From: a virus
Taxonomy: Duplodnaviria > Heunggongvirae > Uroviricota > Caudoviricetes > Crassvirales
DNA: 64,000 nt
IMG/VR virus record: IMGVR_UViG_3300044716_000090
Coordinates: 40,813-104,812 of that record
Reading direction: 5' to 3' (one strand)
Shown here: positions 49,662 through 58,114 of the stretch, in pieces
Position numbering within the stretch: the first letter of the stretch is position 1
How the letters are laid out: each line of letters opens with the position of its first letter
Notes under the pieces: generated by a model
What the model saw: the letters and a program-made list of their open reading frames with translations, nothing else
What the model was told of the DNA's origin: nothing
Database searches by the model: none
Translations under genes and position numbers: made by a program

Positions 49662-49832
49662 ACATGAGTATAAAAACAAACGTATATAACACGCTACCAA
49701 GTAAAAAAGACCATTGGTGGCAGATTGTAGTATTGCCTACAGTTAGTATTATGAACAACATACAAAAATATGATCCATACGTGGCTGTCAATTTTGAATG
49801 GTTATTTTGGTCATTTACTACAATTATAAGCT

Positions 49833-50921
49833 ATGGCAAAAAAGGAAATCTCTTTACGAGATAAGAGGCAACAGGAGTTTGCTGAGGTGTTCCTAAAACA
49901 TGGAGAGTTTGGTATTCTAAACTTATGTCCTAGATTTGGGAAGATCTATACAACTATCAACATATTAGAGAAACTAGACAAAGATATCAACATCCTGATA
50001 GCCTATCCAGATCTTAAGATTAAGGATGCTTGGGAAGCTGATTTCAAGACTAGAAAATACAAGAATCCCCATATAACGTACACTACGCATCTATCTATTA
50101 AAAAGCACACAGGGGGTGTATTTGACCTAGTAATACTAGATGAGATACATTTGCTGTCAGAAGCACAAATAGAGGCTGTAAAGGAGCTAAAATGCATAAG
50201 TGTGCTTGGTCTTACAGGTACATTATCTAGCTTTACAGAAAGGACCCTTGCTGAAGAGCTTGGACTGAATGTATTAGCTACCTATCCAATAGAACAAGCT
50301 ATTGCAGAAGGAGTTATTACAGACTATGAAATCACTGTAATAAAGGTTCCTTTGGATGATAAGCGTATTAACGATTATAAAGGGAAGAAGCGTACAGAGA
50401 AGAAACAATTTGATAGCTATGCCTGGGTGATTGATCAACTGGAAAGACAAGGAAAAGCAACAATGTTCCTACGTCTAGCTAGAATGAGAATCATACAGAA
50501 TAGCATATCTAAAATGGAGAAGACAAGAGAAATCTTAGCTAAATACAAGCAAGATAGAATCTTGGTATTTTGTGGTGTTACTAAAATAGCTGACACACTT
50601 GGTATTCCTTCATATCACAGTAAATCTACAGAGAAAGAAATCTTTACAGATTTTGCTGCAGGTAAGGGAAATCATTTGGCTGTTGTTAAGATAGGTAACA
50701 CAGGTGTAACTTACAAACCACTTAACAAGGTGATTATCAATTACTTCGATAGTAATGCAGAAAACCTTGCTCAGAAGATTAATAGATGTATGGCTATGGA
50801 ATACAACACTCCAGACAAGAAAGCCCATATATACATCATATCTTCTAATGAGGAAGTGGAATTAAAATGGCTCAAGAAAGCTCTTGAGTTCTTTGACAAA
50901 TCAAAAATTAAATACTTATGA
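49833..50921 (+). CDS. SF2 DExH-box helicase (362 aa)
   Basis: Motif I-like CPRFGKIYTT. Motif II LVILDEIHLL. Motif III LGLTGTLS. Confidence 0.6.
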   Translation: MAKKEISLRDKRQQEFAEVFLKHGEFGILNLCPRFGKIYTTINILEKLDKDINILIAYPDLKIKDAWEADFKTRKYKNPHITYTTHLSIKKHTGGVFDLVILDEIHLLSEAQIEAVKELKCISVLGLTGTLSSFTERTLAEELGLNVLATYPIEQAIAEGVITDYEITVIKVPLDDKRINDYKGKKRTEKKQFDSYAWVIDQLERQGKATMFLRLARMRIIQNSISKMEKTREILAKYKQDRILVFCGVTKIADTLGIPSYHSKSTEKEIFTDFAAGKGNHLAVVKIGNTGVTYKPLNKVIINYFDSNAENLAQKINRCMAMEYNTPDKKAHIYIISSNEEVELKWLKKALEFFDKSKIKYL

Positions 50922-51130
50922 TCTTAGAATTATTAGAAGAAACTAATCCAGGAAATGGTACAATGTATGCAGTGAGAGCAGATGGTTTTTCTGTTAAATG
51001 GTTTGCTCATAAAGCTGATGCAGAAAAGTTTTATAGTGAAATTCTTGCTAATCCAGACCTCCTAAAACCTCAAAAAAATATTTTGAAATCTCAGGAAATT
51101 ACCTTATCTTTGGAGGAAACAAATAACTAA
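50918..51130 (+). CDS. Small protein (70 aa)
   Basis: ORF in track, ATGA overlap with the helicase gene. Confidence 0.4.
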   Translation: MILELLEETNPGNGTMYAVRADGFSVKWFAHKADAEKFYSEILANPDLLKPQKNILKSQEITLSLEETNN

Positions 51131-51139
51131 ATATTAAAC

Positions 51140-51811
51140 ATGGCAAGCAAATTAATTGGTATTGTTGGTCCAACTGGTACAGGTAAATCAACGTCTATCA
51201 AACACTTAGACCCAAAGGAAACGTACATCATCAATGTTGCTAAAAAGGAACTACCTTTCAAAGGAGCAGAGAAGTTGTACAATTCAGAAAACAAGAATTA
51301 CAAAGAGGTAGATGATGCAATTGAAATCACTCGATTACTCAGAACTATCTCAGAGAAAGCACCTCACATTAAAAACATCATCATTGAAGACTCTAATTAC
51401 ATTATGGGTTTCAATATGATAGCAAAAGCTACAGAAGTTGGTTATACCAAGTTCACTCTAATGGCTAGAGATATGGTAGAATTGTTTAGAGAAGCAAGAC
51501 GCTTGCGTGATGATTTAAAAGTGTTCTATTTCACACACCCTGAAACTATTGAAGATGGTGGTGAGATTGTAGGATACAAAATCAAAACTGCAGGTAAATT
51601 GATTGATAATCAGATTGTCCTTGAAGGTTTACTAACTGTGTGTTTATATACACATGTAGAAGATAACAAGGATGGTTCTGCTAATTATCAGTTCTTAACA
51701 AATCGCTTTAGAAAGTATCCAGCTAAGAGCCCAGATGGTATGTTTGCGGAAGTTAAAATCCCAAACAACTTACAGCTTGTAGTAGACACAATTGACGAAT
51801 ATTATAAATAA
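51140..51811 (+). CDS. P-loop NTPase (223 aa); Sak4-like RecA-core recombination ATPase candidate
   Basis: N-terminal Walker A GIVGPTGTGKSTS. Size and position upstream of a possible SSB resemble Sak4-type proteins. Inference only. Confidence 0.45.
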   Translation: MASKLIGIVGPTGTGKSTSIKHLDPKETYIINVAKKELPFKGAEKLYNSENKNYKEVDDAIEITRLLRTISEKAPHIKNIIIEDSNYIMGFNMIAKATEVGYTKFTLMARDMVELFREARRLRDDLKVFYFTHPETIEDGGEIVGYKIKTAGKLIDNQIVLEGLLTVCLYTHVEDNKDGSANYQFLTNRFRKYPAKSPDGMFAEVKIPNNLQLVVDTIDEYYK

Positions 51812-51830
51812 CAATTAAAACTAGAAAAAC

Positions 51831-52703
51831 ATGTCAGGAATCGGTGGAAACAAAAGACAGCAATCAGGTGGAGAATCTACATTCTCAAAGAAGGTAGGAT
51901 TATTTGAAGCTAATGTGATTGCAATTAACCCAACAATTGAAGAGTTCAAAGACAAATTAGGTATTGAACTTAAAGAAGACAGCAAGGCGGTTGATTACTT
52001 AGGAATGAGTCAAGATGGTAACAAAACACTACGTGTAGACATCTGGCTTGAAGAAGTTAAGAGTAAGGATAAGTTTAAGGCTGTATTCTTCCTTGAGAAC
52101 AAAGAAAGAGAAAACAAAGATGGCAGCAAGAAGCAATATATCAACTCTGTTGGTAGTTGTTCTTGGGCTGATGATGAAAACAATCTTCCTAAATGGTTTA
52201 CAGAGCGTGAAGTTCGTGTAGCTAATGTAGGTGAAGAAGATCTTTATAATTTCATGCGTACATGGTTAGGTAATTTAGATTATCGTGATGCTGAAACCAC
52301 TCTACAATTAGACTGGAGCAAGCTTATGAAAGGTAATGTTAAAGACCTAAGAGACCAAATCAACGGTGAATGGTGTACAAATGTCGTTGCTTTAGCTACA
52401 GTGAAGACTGTTGAGAAAGATGGTGATATTAAGGAGTATCAAGGTGTATATAATAAGGGATTCCTACCTGCTTATACATTGAAGCAATTTAGATTGGTAG
52501 ATTTCAGTAGCTCTACAATCCTTAAGGGATTACGTGAGAAGAAGTCTAAAGATCTAAAACCTCATGAGCGTTTTGTATTAAACGTTACAGGTGAGTATGG
52601 ATGTAAAGAGTTCTATACATTCAAAGACTTAGCAGAGTATAACGCAGATGATAATCTTGTAGCCTCGGATAGAGTGCTAGAAGAAGATGATAGCGACTTT
52701 TAA
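51831..52703 (+). CDS. Hypothetical protein (290 aa); possible ssDNA-binding protein
   Basis: ORF in track. Acidic C-terminal tail (LEEDDSDF), as in phage SSBs. Assigned by position only. Confidence 0.4.
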   Translation: MSGIGGNKRQQSGGESTFSKKVGLFEANVIAINPTIEEFKDKLGIELKEDSKAVDYLGMSQDGNKTLRVDIWLEEVKSKDKFKAVFFLENKERENKDGSKKQYINSVGSCSWADDENNLPKWFTEREVRVANVGEEDLYNFMRTWLGNLDYRDAETTLQLDWSKLMKGNVKDLRDQINGEWCTNVVALATVKTVEKDGDIKEYQGVYNKGFLPAYTLKQFRLVDFSSSTILKGLREKKSKDLKPHERFVLNVTGEYGCKEFYTFKDLAEYNADDNLVASDRVLEEDDSDF

Positions 52704-52704
52704 T

Positions 52705-52760
52705 TTTGTCCCCTCCCCCTATAAAAAGCCCCTCATCTGTAAAAAGGTGGGGGGTTTTAA
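52705..52760 (+). terminator. GC-rich structured element followed by a T-run; terminator candidate
   Basis: GTCCCCTCCCCCTATAAAAAGCCCCTCATCTGTAAAAAGGTGGGGGGTTTT. C-runs and a G-run can pair. Lies between the 51831 gene and the primase. Confidence 0.4.
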
Positions 52761-52770
52761 CTTTATATAT

Positions 52771-53769
52771 ATGATAAACGGAAAAAGAAAAACAAAGCTT
52801 ACACCAGAGTCCGTACTAGACAAGATAACTGATTATGATATATTTAGATTCTATATGCCTGATAAGAGTTGGAAGCTTAACCAAGTGACCTATTCTCCAT
52901 TTAGGAATGAGAACAATCCTTCCTTTGTAATAGGGAATAAAAGGGGCTTTATATCATTTATTGACTTTGCTGATACCAGTAAGAGAGGTGATTGTTTTGA
53001 GTTTGTTAAGCTCCTTCACAATCTATCTAGTATGAATGATGTGTTAAAGATTATAGACAGAGATTTTGGATTAGGTATAGTTACCAAGGGTACAGAAGAA
53101 TACAAGAAAATAACAGCTGAATACAAACAACCAGATGCTGTTAAGAGGTATTCTCTCATCCAGGTGGTAACAAAGAAGTTTACACAAGAGGAGTTAGCCT
53201 ATTGGAATCAATATCATATAGATATAGAGGATCTAAAGAGTAACAACGTCTATTCTATCAAAAAGGTGTATTTGAACAAGAGTTTGTTCTACACTAGTGG
53301 TCAGGAAATGAGGTTTGGTTATTTCTATGATGGACATTGGAAGATTTATACACCGTTTGGAGATAAGAAAAACAAATGGTTACCTAATAATGTTCCTATC
53401 ACCGCTATGGATGGTAAAGAGGACATAGTTAATTGCAAGGTGGCATTCATCAATAAGAGTAAGAAGGACTATATGGTTATGAAGAAGATATTTCCATGTA
53501 GCTGTGCTGTACAGAATGAAGGTGTTGGATGTTTCTCTCCAGAGAACCTAGAATATCTTAAAGCTAATTCTGACAGACAAATCCTCAGCTTTGATAGCGA
53601 TGTTACAGGTGTAACTAACTCACAACAGATTACCAAGCTATTTGATTTTGATTATGCTAATGTTCCCCGTAAGTATCTAACAGAGGGTATAAAGGACTGG
53701 GCTGATTTAGCAAAAGCTCATGGTATGGGAGCAATAGAATCTTATTTAAAACAAAAACACATTTTATAA
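52771..53769 (+). CDS. DnaG-like primase with a degenerate (Cys-less) zinc-binding-domain homologue and TOPRIM-like DxD (about 332 aa)
   Basis: YSPFRNENNPSFVIGNKRGFISFIDFADTSKRGDCFEFVKLL aligns with the DnaG zinc-ribbon [36 protein letters not shown], with the metal ligands replaced. Downstream LSFDSDVTG is a DxD TOPRIM motif. The track ORF starts at 52687, but the first 84 nt overlie the terminator-like element, so Met at 52771 is preferred. Confidence 0.55.
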   Translation: MINGKRKTKLTPESVLDKITDYDIFRFYMPDKSWKLNQVTYSPFRNENNPSFVIGNKRGFISFIDFADTSKRGDCFEFVKLLHNLSSMNDVLKIIDRDFGLGIVTKGTEEYKKITAEYKQPDAVKRYSLIQVVTKKFTQEELAYWNQYHIDIEDLKSNNVYSIKKVYLNKSLFYTSGQEMRFGYFYDGHWKIYTPFGDKKNKWLPNNVPITAMDGKEDIVNCKVAFINKSKKDYMVMKKIFPCSCAVQNEGVGCFSPENLEYLKANSDRQILSFDSDVTGVTNSQQITKLFDFDYANVPRKYLTEGIKDWADLAKAHGMGAIESYLKQKHIL

Positions 53770-54539
53770 TGACTACTGAAAACTACAACACAACAAAAGA
53801 ATTGATTCTTGCAACAGATATTCCTGCACAGACAAGAACTTACAAACCAGTTAGCCACGGTCAATTGATTGATCTTACAATGGAAGGCATTCAAAAAGCT
53901 GGATTTGTATTAGACAAAGAAACATACACAGCTAGTACAAATGGTCAGATTGCTAATGGTAGATTTACTATCAAGAACGTAATGGATAGTGAGATGCAAT
54001 TAGAGATTGGCTGGCAGAATAGCTACAACAAGCAACTTACATTAAAGTTTGCCCTAGGTACACGCATTATGATTTGTCAGAATGGTTGTGTATCAGGTGA
54101 TTATGGTGCATTTAAGAAGAAACACGTAGGTGAAATACAATCATTTACACCAAATGCTATTAGTGAATACATCAAGGCTGCAGGAGAAAGCTTTAGAACT
54201 ATTCAGTTCCAGAGAGATCAAATGAAGCAAGTGGAAGTTACTAAGCGTACCAAAGCTGAATTGATTGGTAGAATGATGATTGAAGAGCAGTTTATTACAT
54301 CTACACAATTAAACATCATTACCAGAGAATTAACTAGCCCTACACATGATTATGGTGCACCTGATAGCTTATGGGAGTTGTACAACTATACAACATTTGC
54401 TATGAAGGAAACACATCCTGCAAACTGGATGAGTAGTCACATTAAAGCACATTCATTCTTTGTAGATGCTTCAGGACTTCATACAGCAGTTGATGAGATG
54501 CCTATGATTATGCAATTAGAACAATTAGAATTATTTTAA
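53769..54539 (+). CDS. Hypothetical protein (256 aa)
   Basis: ORF in track, ATGA overlap with the primase gene. Confidence 0.5.
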   Translation: MTTENYNTTKELILATDIPAQTRTYKPVSHGQLIDLTMEGIQKAGFVLDKETYTASTNGQIANGRFTIKNVMDSEMQLEIGWQNSYNKQLTLKFALGTRIMICQNGCVSGDYGAFKKKHVGEIQSFTPNAISEYIKAAGESFRTIQFQRDQMKQVEVTKRTKAELIGRMMIEEQFITSTQLNIITRELTSPTHDYGAPDSLWELYNYTTFAMKETHPANWMSSHIKAHSFFVDASGLHTAVDEMPMIMQLEQLELF

Positions 54540-54540
54540 T

Positions 54541-55257
54541 ATGAATTGGGATAAATTTAAAGATCAGTTTCATCCATCATGGCATAGGTTAATACAACCT
54601 TTCATTGAAAGTGAAGCTTGTGATAACATCTATAAATTTATAAAATCAGAGAGTCAGAGGGGCAAGAAAATTGCTCCTCTTTCTCCTAATGTTTATAGAT
54701 GCTTTTTAGAGACCTCACTAGATGACCTAAAGATGGTTATGGTGGGTATGTGTCCCTACCACACATTAAAGAATGGTAGTCCTATAGCAGATGGTTTGTT
54801 AATGAGCTGTTCTACAACAGGTATATTGCAGCCATCTCTAACAAAGTTCTATGATGGAATAGAAAAAGAGTTGTATCAAGGATTAAACCTCACTATACTA
54901 AAGAATCCAGATGTTACCTATTTGGCTAAACAAGGAGTGCTTATGTATAATGCAGCTTTAACCACTGAAATCAACAAAGCAGGTTCACATATTGATATCT
55001 GGGAACCTTTTACTAAGTATCTATTTGAAGAAGTGCTATCCTATACAGGAGTGCCTATTCTGTTCTTAGGAAAAGATGCTTCCAAGTATGAGAGATATGT
55101 ACCACCGTTTAGTTGGTCATTCACTGTAAGTCATCCAGCCAGTGCTTCTTACAAGCAAACTGATTGGGATACAGAAGGTGTATTTACCAAGCTAAACAAG
55201 ATACTAAAAGAAAACAATAATACAGAAATCGATTGGCTAGAAAAAGTGCCATTCTAA
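54541..55257 (+). CDS. Uracil-DNA glycosylase family-1 homologue with a non-canonical catalytic motif (238 aa)
   Basis: MVGMCPYHTLKNGSPIADGLLMSCS aligns with UNG GQDPYHGPNQAHGLAFSV, with Asp to Cys at the water-activating position. VSHPASASYKQ aligns with the HPSPLSA motif. Confidence 0.65.
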   Translation: MNWDKFKDQFHPSWHRLIQPFIESEACDNIYKFIKSESQRGKKIAPLSPNVYRCFLETSLDDLKMVMVGMCPYHTLKNGSPIADGLLMSCSTTGILQPSLTKFYDGIEKELYQGLNLTILKNPDVTYLAKQGVLMYNAALTTEINKAGSHIDIWEPFTKYLFEEVLSYTGVPILFLGKDASKYERYVPPFSWSFTVSHPASASYKQTDWDTEGVFTKLNKILKENNNTEIDWLEKVPF

Positions 55258-55270
55258 AAACACAAACACT

Positions 55271-55636
55271 ATGTACAACGTTAGATTTGGAGAAAGAATT
55301 GAAAAGGGAGACCTCATTGCTGTTGCTAATGGTAATGATTTCTCATTGGGTATTTATTATGGAAGAGGAATAGGAGGAACTGTTCAGTATTACATGCCTT
55401 CTGGTGTTAAACATGCTATGCAGTATTTTAACGATACTATGGCACAATTAGCTGCTCAAGGAAAACCTACAGAACCTCTTAAGTTAAATAGATTTTGGAA
55501 GTGTTACATTAACACACCAAGAGACACACGAATAATGAAATTAAACAGAGAAAACATTACAAGTCCAAAAGACATAGAAGAAGTTATGATAGCAAAAGAA
55601 GCACTAAAAAACTTTAACATCGACGTAAAATACTAA
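55271..55636 (+). CDS. Hypothetical (121 aa)
   Basis: ORF in track. Confidence 0.5.
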   Translation: MYNVRFGERIEKGDLIAVANGNDFSLGIYYGRGIGGTVQYYMPSGVKHAMQYFNDTMAQLAAQGKPTEPLKLNRFWKCYINTPRDTRIMKLNRENITSPKDIEEVMIAKEALKNFNIDVKY

Positions 55637-55638
55637 TC

Positions 55639-57954
55639 ATGATACTAGAAAAACAGACAGAAGCAACTATCCTACAAGAAGGAGAATCACAAGAATCAAT
55701 TGGAATGTCATTAGACCTGGACTCAGCTCAGGTGTTAATGCAAATGTTAAGTAAGAACTTATATTCAGATGCAATAGGTTCCACCATTCGTGAGTGTGCC
55801 TCTAATGCATTAGACAGTCACAGAAGAGCAGGCATTGATAAACCAATTATCGTTAGCCTCAATAGGAATAACCATGATAACTATGAATTCTCTGTAGAGG
55901 ATTTTGGTATTGGTTTAGATGCAGATGATGTAGTTAATATCATCAGCAAATATGGTAAAAGTACAAAGCGTAATAGCAACACAGAATTAGGCATGATGGG
56001 TCTTGGTTTTAAGGCCCCACTAGCATACACATCTACCTTCTATTTTACTGCAAGGAAAAATGGAATGGAAAGAAAATACATGATGTATGAGGGAGAAGAA
56101 GTGAATTCAATTGATTTACTTCATGAGACTCCCACAGATCAGCCAAACGGTGTTAAGGTGACTATACCAGTTAACTATTACGACAGACATGATTTTGTAC
56201 GTAAGACTAAAGAGCAACTAGCTTATTTTGAGAACGTGTATTTCAATGTACTAGATGGTGAGGTGGGCAATGATTTCACTATCCATAGATCTGAACACTA
56301 TCAAGCTTCTAGCTTATCCAGAGATAGTTGGTTACACATTTGTTTAGATAACGTGTATTATCCATTGGATTTCACTAGATTAGGTATAGATAGAATAAGC
56401 GTTCCTGTAGGTTTAAGATTTAGTCTTACAGATGGTCTATTCCCTACACCAAACAGAGAATCCATCAGATATACCAAGGAAGCAAAGGATATCATCCTAG
56501 CTAAGATTGGTAAAATGGTTGATCATTTTATTACCAAATACAATGAAACTGTTGCTGATTCAGATGATTTCATGGCTGTACTAAGATACCATGCTACAAA
56601 CAGAAGATATGTTGATGTTCCTGGTAAGAATACTAACTTTGATTTAAGTGATTTAGTTAAACATGGTAGTGTTCTAATCGCTTCTCCTAAGGTGAGCAGC
56701 TTAAAGAAGCTTGACTTACAAAAACTTGTCAGAAACAAGGAATACATCCTTGGTGAGTATGATAAGAAGTTTGAGCTTTACAATGGTAGAATGTCTCAAT
56801 TAAAAACCTATTGGAGATCTGGTGTTGATGTTATAAACAGAAACGATGAACCACACTATTTCTATTCTGAGAAGATTAGTGGTGCTATGAAGGATTATAT
56901 TAAGAGTATAGCTCCAAAGAGCAGACATGCATATTTCATTAGAAAGGTGAAGACATTTAAACTGGGTGGTCTTACAAAAATGAATGATTATGACACTTAC
57001 ATGAAGCTTCTTGACTTACCAAATTATCCAAGAACTGAGTGGAGAGAGCTTATTACAGAGTTTCAAGCTGTGTTAGCTTCTCTTACAAAGACATTCATCA
57101 ACCTTGATGAGATGGTAATACCACAAGCTTTCCTAGATTCTAGGAAGAAGCAAAAGGGAATCACTGTTAATGTTGGTGGAACAAAGGTGAGACGTATTAA
57201 GTTGGAAGGTGAAGTGATTGGTAGGTATGCTGTGGACTTAGAGAGGTATGTAGATGGTAAGAATTCTAAACTGGTTAGCAAGATTTATAGTCTTGCTGAA
57301 ATGCATAAGTATAACAAGCTTGTTATCTATGGTTCCCAGGCAGATATCTCTACTATGGATAAACTATATGGAGCTATTAATAAGAATAAGGTAGAACTAG
57401 CTGTATTCTCTGAGAGAGAACTTAAGACGCTATCTACTATTGACGTACACAATCTAATCCCTTTAAGCAAGTTTATGGAAGGTAAAAACAAACCATTCAA
57501 GAGAATTGTAACAGCCTATCTAATCCAAAAGTTACACAACAGCTTCAGCAGGTCATTCATTAGAAGAGAGAAAATTGGTCTCATCTCTACAGATTTATGT
57601 GAAAAAATGAGAAGACTAAGTGATTACAAGATTGAGCATCACTGTGGTGGTAATGACACAATCTATAATTCTATGCTAGAGGTAGCACAAACACATAACT
57701 TATTTGATATGGAGATATATCATGAGTATGTGGAAGTGAAGAACCTTTTAGAAAGATTACCATTCATTGAAGCTATGGCAGATAAACTCCAGAGCTACGA
57801 TAATGATAACTCTCCAATAATCAGTGCATTCCGTGATTTATTCAAGTATCATGGACATAGAATTGACTGGAAACACTACAATATTCGTATTAATGAAGAG
57901 GTAGTGGAAGAGTTAACAGAGAATTCTGTTGAAGAGTTAGTAGAGAATATTTAA
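55639..57954 (+). CDS. GHKL-superfamily (Hsp90/MutL/MORC-type) ATPase with a 600-aa C-terminal region of unknown function (771 aa)
   Basis: N-box is IRECASNALDSH (ExxxNxxD). G1 is VEDFGIGLD (DxGxG). G2 is ELGMMGLGFKAP (GxxGxG), resembling Hsp90 IGQFGVGFYS. Motif spacing fits the Bergerat fold. No TOPRIM EGDSA motif seen. Confidence 0.7.
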   Translation: MILEKQTEATILQEGESQESIGMSLDLDSAQVLMQMLSKNLYSDAIGSTIRECASNALDSHRRAGIDKPIIVSLNRNNHDNYEFSVEDFGIGLDADDVVNIISKYGKSTKRNSNTELGMMGLGFKAPLAYTSTFYFTARKNGMERKYMMYEGEEVNSIDLLHETPTDQPNGVKVTIPVNYYDRHDFVRKTKEQLAYFENVYFNVLDGEVGNDFTIHRSEHYQASSLSRDSWLHICLDNVYYPLDFTRLGIDRISVPVGLRFSLTDGLFPTPNRESIRYTKEAKDIILAKIGKMVDHFITKYNETVADSDDFMAVLRYHATNRRYVDVPGKNTNFDLSDLVKHGSVLIASPKVSSLKKLDLQKLVRNKEYILGEYDKKFELYNGRMSQLKTYWRSGVDVINRNDEPHYFYSEKISGAMKDYIKSIAPKSRHAYFIRKVKTFKLGGLTKMNDYDTYMKLLDLPNYPRTEWRELITEFQAVLASLTKTFINLDEMVIPQAFLDSRKKQKGITVNVGGTKVRRIKLEGEVIGRYAVDLERYVDGKNSKLVSKIYSLAEMHKYNKLVIYGSQADISTMDKLYGAINKNKVELAVFSERELKTLSTIDVHNLIPLSKFMEGKNKPFKRIVTAYLIQKLHNSFSRSFIRREKIGLISTDLCEKMRRLSDYKIEHHCGGNDTIYNSMLEVAQTHNLFDMEIYHEYVEVKNLLERLPFIEAMADKLQSYDNDNSPIISAFRDLFKYHGHRIDWKHYNIRINEEVVEELTENSVEELVENI

Positions 57955-58114
57955 ACAAAGTGCAATAAATTACACATATATTTCTAATTGTTTAATCTTT
58001 TATGCATAATATGTATTAAACGTTAAACAATTAGAAATATATTGCACTTTTTGCATGAATTTTTCTGAAATTTCATGCAAGTCAACTATTTAATAAAACA
58101 AAAAACAAAACAAA
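57955..58114. promoter_or_regulatory. 160-bp AT-rich intergenic region with two separate inverted repeats
   Basis: IR1 is ATATTTCTAATTGTTTAA (57976..57993) paired with TTAAACAATTAGAAATAT (58022..58039), extended by GTGCAATA/TATTGCAC. IR2 is TGCATGAATTT-TTCTG-AAATTTCATGCA (about 58063..58090). Confidence 0.5.

Noticed and set aside
55639-57954. Type II topoisomerase ATPase subunit as an explanation for the GHKL protein
   Set aside because: No TOPRIM (EGDSA-like) or DNA-gate partner motifs found in it or in neighbours. Kept as uncharacterised GHKL ATPase.
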